A stretch of 63,589 nucleotides of DNA, the filler included, from Octopus bimaculoides (taxonomy: Eukaryota): NCBI RefSeq assembly GCF_001194135.2. It is 6 parts of 6 records of this genome, joined end to end, with 100 filler letters (N's around TTAATTAATTAA, not from the genome) between each part and the next. Parts side by side here need not be neighbours in the genome. Positions count along the whole stretch, not along the records: positions 53,232 to 56,100 come from NW_026382599.1; positions 56,201 to 63,589 come from NC_068989.1; 4 more parts are not named here. One strand, 5' to 3'. Position numbers and translations under genes: made by a program. Shown piece by piece: positions 53,232 to 63,589 of the stretch (position 1 is the first letter of the stretch; each line of letters starts with the position of its first letter). The notes beneath the pieces were generated by a model. The model saw only the letters and a program-made list of their open reading frames with translations, did no database searches and was not told where the DNA came from.

Positions 53232-54420
53232 GTGAGGGTTGGCAACGAGTACAGTGAAGAATTCCGGGTAGAGGTAGGGGGTCCACCAAGGTTCTGTCCT
53301 TAGCCCCCTCTTATTCGTTATAGTCCTCCAGGCAGTAACACAGGAATTCAGAGGAGTTGCTGAGTCACTATCAGAACTGGAGGAGAAGTTTCAGGTGTGG
53401 AAGTAAGGATTAGAATCGAAGGGCCTTAGAGTCAACCTAGCTAAAACCAAAGTCCCAATAAGTAGGAAGGCAGACAAACCACAAACCGCTTCAGGTAGAT
53501 AGCCCTGCTTGATCTGTACAAAAGGCACAGGCAGAAACTCTATAAGATGTACCCAGTGCAAGCTATGGACACATAAGAGGTGCAGCCATATCAAAGGAAG
53601 GCTAACTAGGAAGATAGTTTTGTATGTGGCAGATACTCAGGAGCAACAAACACTGAAAATGTGCAGAGAACAACTCCCCACATTCCAAAGAGCAAAACTA
53701 GAAGTAGTCGATAGCTTCCGTTACCTAGGTGACCAAGTGAGTAGCAGAGGAGGGTGCACTGAAAGTGTAGCTGCTAGAAAAAGAATAGTTTGGGCAAAGT
53801 TCAGAGAGATCTTACCTCTGCTGGTGACAAAGGGCCTCTTGCTCAGAGTAAAAGGTAGGCTGTATGACGCATGTGTACGAACAGCCATGCTTCATGGCAG
53901 TGAAACATGGGCCGTGACTGCTGAGGACATGCGTAAGCTCGCAAGGAATGAAGCTAGTATGCTCTGATGGATGTGTAATGCCAGTGTGCATACTCGACAG
54001 AGTGTAAGTACCTTGAGAGGAAAGTTGAACCAAAGAAGCATCAGTTGTGGTGTGCAAGAGAGACGATTGCGTTGGTATGGTCATGTGGCGAGAATAGATG
54101 AGGATAGCTGTGTGAAAAAGTGCCACACCCTAGCAGTTGAGGCAACCTGTGGAAGAGGTAGACCCAGGAAGACCTGGGATGAGGTAGTGAAGCACGATCT
54201 TCGAACATTGGGCCTCACCGAGGCAATGACTAGTGACTCAGACCTTTGGAAATATGCTGTGCATGAGAAGACCTGGCAAGCCAAGTGAGACCATAACCTG
54301 TGGCCTTTGCCAGGGGTGTAACCAGCCCCCTTATGCGTACCTTTCCTTTATTACACTCTAAACTCTGCTTGCGATGACCTGTTGAGGCAAGTGAAATCGA
54401 AATCAAATCAAATTCGTTGA
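53232..54420 (+). mobile_element. RTE-clade LINE 3' portion (late RT, Cys-rich insert, C-terminus, 3' UTR)
   Basis: GVHQGSVLSPLLFVIVL, GLRVNLAKTKV, LEVVDSFRYLGD, KGRLYDACVRTAMLHGSETWA, VQERRLRWYGHVAR and RGRPRKTWDEVVKHDL, with stops and frameshifts. Confidence 0.92.
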
Positions 54421-56599
54421 CTGGCATCCATGCCAGTGGAGCACTAACAACACCATCCAAGCATGATCATTGCCAGAGCAGCTTTTCCACTTCTGTACCG
54501 GTGGCACATAAAAAGCACCATTTGAGCCTGGTCGTTACCAGCATTGCCTCACTGGCACTTGTGCGGGTGACACATGAAAAACATTCAAGCGAGGTTGTTG
54601 CCAGTGCCACTGGACTGGCTCCTGGGCATGTGGCACATAAAAAACACCACTTGAGACTGGCTGTTGTCAGTACCGCCTGACTGGCCCTCATGCCGGTGGT
54701 ACGTAAAAGCACCCACTACAACTTGGAGTGCTTGGCGTTAGGAAGGGCATCCAGCTGTAGAAACTCTGCCAGATCAGATTGGAGCCTACCCACAGATCCC
54801 TACCTCTACCCCACCCTCAGCCTAACCCACACTCCACCCATGTCTTCCCCACCTCCCAACACCCTCACATCACACCACACCTATACCCTCGCATCACACC
54901 ACGCACACACTACAACTGACCAACTACTTTCTCCCTTCCCCATTTTCACACTACAGNNNNNNNNNNNNNNNNNNNNNNNNNNNNNNNNNNNNNNNNNNNN
55001 NNNNNNNNNNNNNNNNNNNNNNNNNNNNNNNNNNNNNNNNNNNNNNNNNNNNNNNNNNNNNNNNNNNNNNNNNNNNNNNNNNNNNNNNNNNNNNNNNNNN
55101 NNNNNNNNNNNNNNNNNNNNNNNNNNNNNNNNNNNNNNNNNNNNNNNNNNNNNNNNNNNNNNNNNNNNNNNNNNNNNNNNNNNNNNNNNNNNNNNNNNNN
55201 NNNNNNNNNNNNNNNNNNNNNNNNNNNNNNNNNNNNNNNNNNNNNNNNNNNNNNNNNNNNNNNNNNNNNNNNNNNNNNNNNNNNNNNNNNNNNNNNNNNN
55301 NNNNNNNNNNNNNNNNNNNNNNNNNNNNNNNNNNNNNNNNNNNNNNNNNNNNNNNNNNNNNNNNNNNNNNNNNNNNNNNNNNNNNNNNNNNNNNNNNNAT
55401 ATATATACCTTATCTATAAAAGGCAGATTTTCTCTGTGTGTATATGTTTAAAATTCATACATTTACACAATTTCAAATTTCTTGGATGAAAGAATCGGAA
55501 TTAATATTCTAAATACCATAACTTAGGTCACAGCGTCATTTTTTCCGTCATAATATGTCCCAATTACGAATAAAATCCATAAAACTACACAAATTAACAT
55601 TTTCCCCTCTAATCTAATTTCTTCTTTCTACTACCTTTACAAATCCTTTCAACTCCTACTTTCTCTTATCGACGTTTATGAACGATCCAACAACAAATAC
55701 AAAAAGAAAGGAAGGAGAAACACTGACAGTAAAAGAAACAGACACAATACCAATCCTACGTAAATACACACATATACATACACATGCGTAAATACACACA
55801 TATACATACACATGCGTACTTTCCAACACAATTTCTCTGTACAAGTCACTTTCACATTGACAGTCAAACATTTCATTCAATCACTTCAAAAATGAAACTA
55901 TTCCACTGTTTCAGTATCAAAACTGAAACAATCACATTTCGATACTGTAATAACAGATACTTTCACTTTAATGGTTTCATTTTCATACTAAGACTACTAC
56001 AGTGAAACTATACTCTCACATATATAGAGGTATACATACATATATACATGCATACATGCATATATATATCTGCACAAATGTATCCATATACATGTATATA
56101 NNNNNNNNNNNNNNNNNNNNNNNNNNNNNNNNNNNNNNNNNNNNTTAATTAATTAANNNNNNNNNNNNNNNNNNNNNNNNNNNNNNNNNNNNNNNNNNNN
56201 TAAAAGCTATAATTTTAAAGGAGCGATAAGAATTTTTGAATAAAGGAAAATGGGTAGGGGTGGGTAGGTACCGTCAGCAAGGGGATAGGCCTCTTAATCG
56301 TAGATTTTAAATATTTGAGAGACAACAATGCATAAATCGTAATTTTTAAAAGAGCAATGAAATCTAGGTGAATAGAATATATACGTAGCATGAATTTAGG
56401 AAGCTTAGAAAATGAATAAGTATGAATTTAAGACAAAAACTGAATTCAATTGAATTTCATGGAGAGAGACAAGATAAATAATAGAGGGCAGACTAAAGCG
56501 CGAAAGGTATGAGATGTTTGAGGCCGTAAATAAATAAAAATCTCTATCTTATCTGCATCTTGGAGACTTCGTCGTAGTATGTCAGTGGAGAATACAACA

Positions 56600-56824
56600 A
56601 TAATAATAATGATTTTGAATTTTGGCACAAGGCCAGAAATTTCGGGGGCAGGGTAAAGCCAATTACATCGACCCCAGTGATCAACTGGCACTTATTTTAT
56701 CAACAACTCAGCAGAATTTGAACTCTGAACATAAAGACACAGTACAAAATGTCACTAAGCATTTTGCCCTCTGTGCTAACAATTTTGCCAGTTCACCGCC
56801 TAAATAATAATAATAATAATAATA

Positions 56825-56871
<47 letters not shown>

Positions 56872-57560
56872 CATCATCATCATTGTACTTAGGGTACAAG
56901 ATCTGAAATTTTGGGGGAAGAGGCCAATTGATTTCATCACCCCCAGTGCTCAATTGGGACTTATTTCATTGAGCCAAAAGAATGAAAGGTAAAGTTGACT
57001 TTGGCAGCATTTGAACTCAGAGCATAAAGAGTCAGAAAAAGTGCCTCTATGTATTTTGCCTGATGCAGTATTGGTTCTGCTAACCTGACACCAATATCAG
57101 AAATTTTGAAGAAAGGGCCTAATTGATTACATCAACCCCAGTACTTGAATGGTATTTATTTTATCAACCCTGAAAGGATGAAAGGTAAAGCCGATCTTGG
57201 TGGCATTTGAACTCAGGACATAAAGCGTTGTATCTAGCACAGTACCAAGTCTGCCAACTCACCACCTTGCAATAACAACAATAATAGTAAGTATTTCAAA
57301 CATAGGTGTAGGCCAAAAATTTTGGAGGGTTAAGGTTAGTCAGTTGCATTGACCCCAGTACTTGAATACTTTATTTTATTGACTCCATAAAGAGGAAATG
57401 CTAAGTTGACTTCAGTAGGATTTGAACTCAAAATGTAAAGACCCAAACCAGAAACCACAAGGCAGATTTGTCTGATGCCCTAATAATTCTACCTAACCAC
57501 TGCCCATATGTGTACTCAATGTTTCTGATTTAGGCACAAGGTCAGCAATTTTTAGGGGAG
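56600..57560 (-). mobile_element. Cluster of degenerate family A SINE copies
   Basis: At least four repeats of gattacatcgaccccagt...gaatgaaaggtaaag...tttgaactcag. Confidence 0.75.
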
Positions 57561-57619
57561 TGGAGAGGGTGATAAGTTGATACCATTATTACAAAGTGTT
57601 ATTGTCAGATTACTAACAT

Positions 57620-58990
57620 CACAGGAGATGTTGTGTATTATGTTACTAGCAGCTAATGAGTCATCAATGTAGGCAAAAGCAAAATCTAAACCATGAGTGA
57701 CTTCATCAATAAACCTTTACATTATGGGGAGTGAAAGGCATTTTAATAAATCTGAGTAGTTCAAAAGGAGTAGTTATTACTGTCTTAGAAATGTCAGCTG
57801 GTTCTATCAGAAATTGGTTATAAACGTAGAGTAAATCAATCTTTGAAAAGACGGTACAGTCATGTAAAGAAACTAAAAAGTGATAAATATGTGGAATAGG
57901 ATACTTATCAGGAACTGTTAAAGCATTTAAACACCTGTAATCTCCACAAGGACACCAACTCTCTCAGACTTTTTGGGGACTAAATGTAGTGGAGAAGACC
58001 AGTTACTGCTAGAAGGTCAAATTATTCCGAAGTCAAGCACCTGACTAAATTCTTCCTTCACAATTTTAAACTTGTCCATGGTGACACATTTGGATCAAAA
58101 TGAAACAGAGGATCCCTTTGACAGGCCATATGCTACAAGCTGCTTCAGGGTAGACTAATTAACATTACTTGGGGAAGGTGTCATAAATGTGACTTGGAGG
58201 TGTCAAAATGGGACTAGATCCAGTGATCTGGTCACATTTAATCTCTAGCAATGCAGTGTTCCTGGTATTGAGTAGATGACTTAAAGTGCAAGAAAAGATA
58301 AATGTGTGTGCACATCCTTTCCAAAATGACTGTGATACCGACAGAAAGGTGAAGAATTCCTGCAAGTGCTGTAAAATCTCTTTCTCAAAATCCTCCAGCC
58401 TCAAGAATTCAAGCACAAACAGAACTTTGGAAACTCAAGCTTGTCCTTTAGGGTTTGTATTTTCTCATCAGTCATCTTACAGAACAATGCCAGCTTGAAG
58501 GATATCAAAGATACAAGAGAATTAGTTTCAGTATTACTGGTGTTTAGAGATAAAATATCCATAATACCATCTGCTAATTCCACGAACTGGTAAACAGAAC
58601 TCTGTTCCCTTATGGTTGTTAAAATAGTTTGTACATTAGGTGGAAGGTAGAAAAAGAAAAGCTACCATAACATAGATTCTTTGAATGGGTTGTCTTCAGC
58701 CAAATCATGCATTCTTCTCAATAGTTGAGAAGATCAATTATCACCTAGGGTTTCCTTATGGAGGAGTTGATGGGAATTTCTTCTGCTTGAACATAAAAGT
58801 ATGTCTCAAAATTTCTGCCTCCATACTTTGATATGACCGGTAGATTGAATGACTAGTAACCAAGTGCTTAACTTTGCTGCCCAAAACAGGTGGCAAAACA
58901 CTGATTAGTAGATGGAACTGACATGTATCAGAGAATATCTTGTTAGCCACAAAGTTGGCTTCAAGCTTCAAAAGCCAAATCAAAGGGTCC
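57620..58990 (-). mobile_element. Ty3/Gypsy LTR retrotransposon remnant (gag-like region and RT)
   Basis: Gag-like LEANF..SDTCQFHLLISVLPP...ETLGDN*SSQLLRRM...LPPNVQTIL..ELADGIM. RT: KIVKEEF..GII*PSSSNWSSPLHLVPKK...PDKYPIPHI...FSKIDL...KTVITTPF...AYIDD (about 57660-57674). Confidence 0.85.
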
Positions 58991-59119
58991 CCTGTGTAAA
59001 GTGATGATATGAATGATTATGTTAAATTCGACGACTGGCCCCCATGCCGACGTCTCCTTCATTAGACACTAAACTCGGCTTGCGAAGACCTGTTGGGGCA
59101 AGCAAAAGCGAAATCGTGA

Positions 59120-59548
59120 TAGCACTTGTACCAGTGGAGCGCTAACAGCACCGTTTGAGCACGATCATTGCCAGAGCAGCTGTTTGGCACGTAAATAGCA
59201 CCATTTGAGTGTGATCGTTACCAGCATCGCCTTCCTGGCACGTGAAAAGACATTCGAGCAAGATTGTTGCCAGTGCCACTGGACTGGCTCCTGTGCAGGT
59301 TGCATGTAAAATACACCATTTTGAGCGAGGCCGTTGCCAGTACTGCCTGACTGGCCTTTGTGCCGGTGGCACGTAAAAGCACCCACTACACTCTCGGAGT
59401 GGTTGACGTTAGGAAGGGCATCCAGCTGTAGAAACTCTACCAAATCAGATTGGAGCCTGGTGTAGTCATCTGGTTTCACCAGTCCTCAGTCAAATTGTCT
59501 AACCCATGCTAGCATGGAAAGCGGACGTTAAACAATGATGATGATGAT
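59120..59548 (+). mobile_element. Family C repeat, long copy with (GAT)n tail
   Basis: Shared family C motifs ending gcggacgttaaacaatgatgatgat. Confidence 0.75.
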
Positions 59549-59927
59549 GTTGTTGTTTGCATTGTTAGACTGTCATTGTTTTCCAAGGAAATTGAAGGAA
59601 TAAGAGAAGTTGCCATTATAGTGTCATTAAGAAATGAAAAATATGGAAAGACAAAAATACTGGCTGTTCATGAGCTGGGGAAAAAAAAAGATTTCTCAAT
59701 GTTACTAGGAAGATTTAACTGCTATTTTGAGGAAAAATGAAAGAGTAGCTAATAGCCAATAGTGGTTTTCATCATTCCTCCACTGATCCAGCAGTTTGAC
59801 ATTTTGTGCCAGAGATGATATTTTTTGCTAATTCTAAGCATTTTACATTGAAAAATTTGATCAGATATAGTGAGTTGTTTTAGTAAACAGTTAAAATTAA
59901 ATTTCATTTGCATGTTTTTTTTTTTAG

Positions 59928-60071
59928 GTTCCGCCATGTCCAAATTGTGGTGGTTTGTTGAAACCAGAGGTCGTGTTTTTTGGTGACAATGTAGAAAAGT
60001 CAAAGGTAGACTTTGTATATGACAAAGTCAGTGAAAGTGATGCATTATTAATACTCGGGACATCACTTCAG
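59928..60071 (+). CDS. SIRT4: Sirtuin 4-type (class II) NAD-dependent deacylase, internal exon
   Basis: Poly-T plus AG acceptor, GTATGT donor, 144 bp, phase 0. It encodes [48 protein letters not shown], matching SIRT4 VP.C..CGG.LKP.VVFFGD.V...KVDFV...V.E.D.LL..G.SLQ. Confidence 0.9.
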
Positions 60072-60347
60072 GTATGTTGTTTTAAGTCCTTTCATTTCAG
60101 CTTTCAGCTAATAATGTAAGATTGTTTTACACATCCAAGAAATAGGTGTTTGAGAAATGCATGTATGTATGTGTGTGTATGTGTGTAATAATGGCCAATA
60201 TAAATGTTGGTTGGTTGACTGGTTTACATTGTATAGGGAGAAAGTAGAGAGAGAAATAGAGAGATGCAGAGAGCGAGTTAAAATAAGAGGTGCTAGGTGA
60301 GTGCACATACTATACTTGGTGACAGGTAATGAGTAAAGGAATACTAT

Positions 60348-60725
60348 GTTGGCACTCCGTCGCTTACGTCGAGGGTTCCAGTTGCACCGATCAACGGAAC
60401 AGCCTGCTCGTGAAATTAACGTGCAAGTGGCTGAGCACTCCACAGACACGTGTACCCTTAACGTAGTTCTCGGGGATATTCAGCGTGACACAGTGTGACA
60501 AGGCTGACCCTTTGAATTACAGGCACAGCAGAAACAGGAAGTAAGAGTGAGAGAAAGTTGTGGTGAAAGAATACAGCAGGGTTCGCCACCATCCCCTGCC
60601 GGAGCCTCGTGGAGCTTTAGGTGTTTTTGCTCAATAAACACTCACAACGCCCGGTCTGGGAATCGAAACCACGATCCTATGACTGCGAGTCTGCTGCCTT
60701 AACCACTGGGCCATTGCGCCTCCAC
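60348..60725 (-). mobile_element. SINE family D, full length
   Basis: Nearly identical to 27681-28064. TSD aaaggaatactat / aaaggaacactat (60335-60347, 60726-60738). Confidence 0.9.
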
Positions 60726-60825
60726 AAAGGAACACTATATATAACTGTTATTTCCAGCAAGTTGAGTGCTGGAAATAAGTTTGTCAGTTGTATTCAATCA
60801 GCAAATTGTCATGCCTATGGGAAAT

Positions 60826-61210
60826 GTGGAGGTTGCATGCCCCAGTGGTTACAGTAGCAGATTCGCTATCGTAGGATCACGGTTTCGATTCCCAGACCAG
60901 GCGTTGTGAGAGTTTATTGAGCGAAAACACCTTGAGCTCTACAAGGCTCCAGCAGGGAGTGGTGGCGAACCCTGCTGTACTCTTTCACCACAATTTTCTC
61001 TCACTCTTTCTTCCTGTTTCTCTTGTACCTGTATTTCAAAGGGGTCAGCCTTGTCGCACTATGTGTCATGCTGAATCTCCCCGAGAACTACTTTAAGGGT
61101 ACACGTGTCTGTGGAGTGCTCAGCCACTTGCATGTTGATTTCATGAGCAGGCTGTGCTGTTGATTGGATTAACTGGAACTCTCGTCGTCGTAACCGACGG
61201 CATGTCACGA
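60826..61210 (+). mobile_element. SINE family D, full length, inverted relative to its neighbour
   Basis: Reverse complement of the 60348-60725 copy and more diverged. TSD ctatgggaaat / ctataggaaat. Confidence 0.88.
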
Positions 61211-62289
61211 CTATAGGAAATTATTGTTCTGCTTCACAAGTTTTCACTTTACAAGAGATCTCGAGGAACAAATTAACTCCTATATCAAGGCATTACCGTA
61301 CATAAATTATAAAAGTGTATGTATAATTGTGTGTGTGTATGAAAATATATTTATTTATGTATGTATTATGTTTATGTGAGTATGTGTGTATATCTATCTA
61401 AGTAGTCTGCCAGGACCTACTCAAACTTGAAAACCCTTAGCGAACTTAAGAATAATCTGAAAAAATAATTGAAATCCATATGATCGGAGTTTAGCCATAG
61501 TTTGTTTGCCCTAATTGTTGGGAACCATGGGTGTCAGCTCTCTTGCCATGACATGGCAATGCCAACAACAGACAGAGGGATTATGTGTTGGGGGATTTCG
61601 ATGGCCAGATGATGTGTTTAGGCGTTGTTAGTTTGCCATTAGTTGTTAAGAATCAAAGGCATAAGCTCTCTTACCACGACAAGGTCACGCCAACAAGAGA
61701 GTGGGACTTGGGTTTCAGAGGATTTCAGGGGCCAGATGATAATGAACATGAGGATGTGTTGGGTTGGAGAAAAGGGAGCAAGAAATGTGCAATAATATTG
61801 AGGGAAGGAAAGGGTGGGACAGAAAGGGCTTGGGTGTGGCAAGGAATAAAGTGATTTGAATGACAAAAGGAGAGGGCGTGGCAAGGNNNNNNNNNNTGTT
61901 AAGAATCAAAGGCATAAGCTCTCTTACCACGACAAGGTCACGCCAACAAGAGAGTGGGACTTGGGTTTCAGAGGATTTCAGGGGCCAGATGATAATGAAC
62001 ATGAGGATGTGTTGGGTTGGAGAAAAGGGAGCAAGAAATGTGCAATAATATTGAGGGAAGGAAAGGGTGGGACAGAAAGGGCTTGGGTGTGGCAAGGAAT
62101 AAAGTGATTTGAATGACAAAAGGAGAGGGCGTGGCAAGGATAAGGGCATGGGTAGGTCAGGGTGGTGGGTTAGTTGATGAATGTAATTAGATGTTAGGTA
62201 GACAGACATATTCATCAGCTTGCATTATAACCCCATTCCCAACAATTCTCCTCCCATTAATTTCACCTCATTCTCACTCACCCATGCCT

Positions 62290-63589
62290 ATATCTGCATC
62301 TACAGTTAGTTGACAAGGTTGAACACATTTTGTTCATCCCTCTCTCTCACACTCTCCTTCTCCATCAGCCCCACCTCTAGCGACGAAGTTGAGTTCCTTT
62401 TACTTTTCGCTCATTCCTCTCTCTCACGTACTTCTTCTCTATCAGCCCCGCCTCTATCTGCATCAACAGTTAGTGACGAAGGTGAGCTCCTTTCATTCCA
62501 CATTCTTTCTCTCTCTCACACACATCTTCTCTATCAGCCCCGCCTCTATCTGCATCAACAGTTAGTGATGAAGGTGAGCTCCTTTCATTCCACATCCTTT
62601 CTCTCTCTCACACACATCTTCTCTATCAGCCCCGCCTCTATCTGCANNNNNNNNNNNNNNNNNNNNNNNNNNNNNNNNNNNNNNNNNNNNNNNNNNNNNN
62701 NNNNNNNNNNNNNNNNNNNNNNNNNNNNNNNNNNNNNNNNNNNNNNCACGCACATCTTCTCTATCAGCCTCTATCTCCATCTACAGTTAGCGACGAGGGT
62801 GAGCTCCTTTTACTCCACATTCTTTCTCTTTCTCACGCACATCTTCTCTATCAGCCCCGCCTCTATCTGCATCTACTGTTAGTGACCAAGGTGAGCTCCT
62901 TTCCCTCCACATTCTTCCTCTCTCTCACGCACATCTCTATCAGCCCCGCCTCTATCTGCATCTAGAGTTAGCGACGAAGGTCAGCTCCTTTTATTCAACA
63001 TTCTTTCTCTCTCTCACGCACATCTTCTCTATCAGCTCCGCCTCTATCTGCATCTACAGTTAGCGATGAAGGTGATCTCCTTTTACTCAACATTCTTCCT
63101 CTCTCTCACGCACATCTTCTCTATCAGCCCCGCCTTTATCTGCATCTACAGTTAGTGACGAAGGTGAGCTCCTGTCACTCCACATTCTTCCTCTCTCTCA
63201 TGCACATCTTCTCTATCAGCCCCGCCTCTCTCTGCATCTACAGTTAGCGACGAAGTTGAGCTCCTTTTGCTTAACATTCTTCCTCTCTCTCATGCACATC
63301 TTATCTATCAGCCCTGCCTCTATCTTCATGTATAGTTAGCGACGAAGGTGAGCTCCTTTTACTCCATATTCTTTCTCTTTCTCACGCACATCTTCTCTAT
63401 CAGCCCCACCTCCATCTGCATCTACAGTTAGCGACGAAGGTGAGCTTCTTTTACTCAACATTCTTTCTCTCTCTCACGCACATATTCTCTATCAGCCCCG
63501 CCTCTCTCTGCATCTACAGTTAGCGACGAAGGTGAGCTCCTTTCACTCCACATTCTTTCTCTCTCTCATGCACATCTTCTCTATCAGCA
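62290..63589. repeat. Tandem minisatellite with a 92-bp unit, running off the window end
   Basis: Unit cacatcttctctatcagccccgcctctatctgcatctacagttagcgacgaaggtgagctccttttactc.acattctt.ctctctctcacg; the period was measured at 63021, 63113 and 63205. Confidence 0.95.

Noticed and set aside
61644-62139. 243-bp exact tandem duplication
   Set aside because: The identical copies abut a 10-N gap (61887-61896), the signature of an unmerged contig overlap.
62290-63589. CRISPR array or hammerhead-containing satellite
   Set aside because: There are no unique spacers and the context is eukaryotic. The unit hairpin lacks CTGANGA and GAAA on both strands.

Overview
This is AT-rich, microsatellite-dense eukaryotic DNA. 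The repeat families resemble those of an octopus (coleoid cephalopod) genome; that species call is an inference. The window appears stitched from six pieces, because five identical 44N-TTAATTAATTAA-44N linkers (stops in all six frames) mark the joins, so gene context across them is unreliable. Only two host exons are clearly recognisable: a 142-bp nitric oxide synthase oxygenase-domain exon (8939-9080, +) and a 144-bp SIRT4-type sirtuin exon (59928-60071, +). The rest is mostly transposon debris: several tRNA-derived SINE families, RTE LINE fragments, an RLE-type non-LTR fragment, a Ty3/Gypsy gag-RT remnant, a Penelope GIY-YIG remnant, mariner and maT remnants, small TIR elements, long palindromes and a 92-bp minisatellite. 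The most interesting signal is a set of minimal hammerhead-ribozyme-like motifs from several repeat families. One of them is the 3' part of a tRNA-headed SINE-like element (39526-39757), which could be a Pol III-transcribed, self-cleaving SINE mobilised by Penelope-like elements. All of this comes from reading the sequence by eye; no database searches or folding were run.
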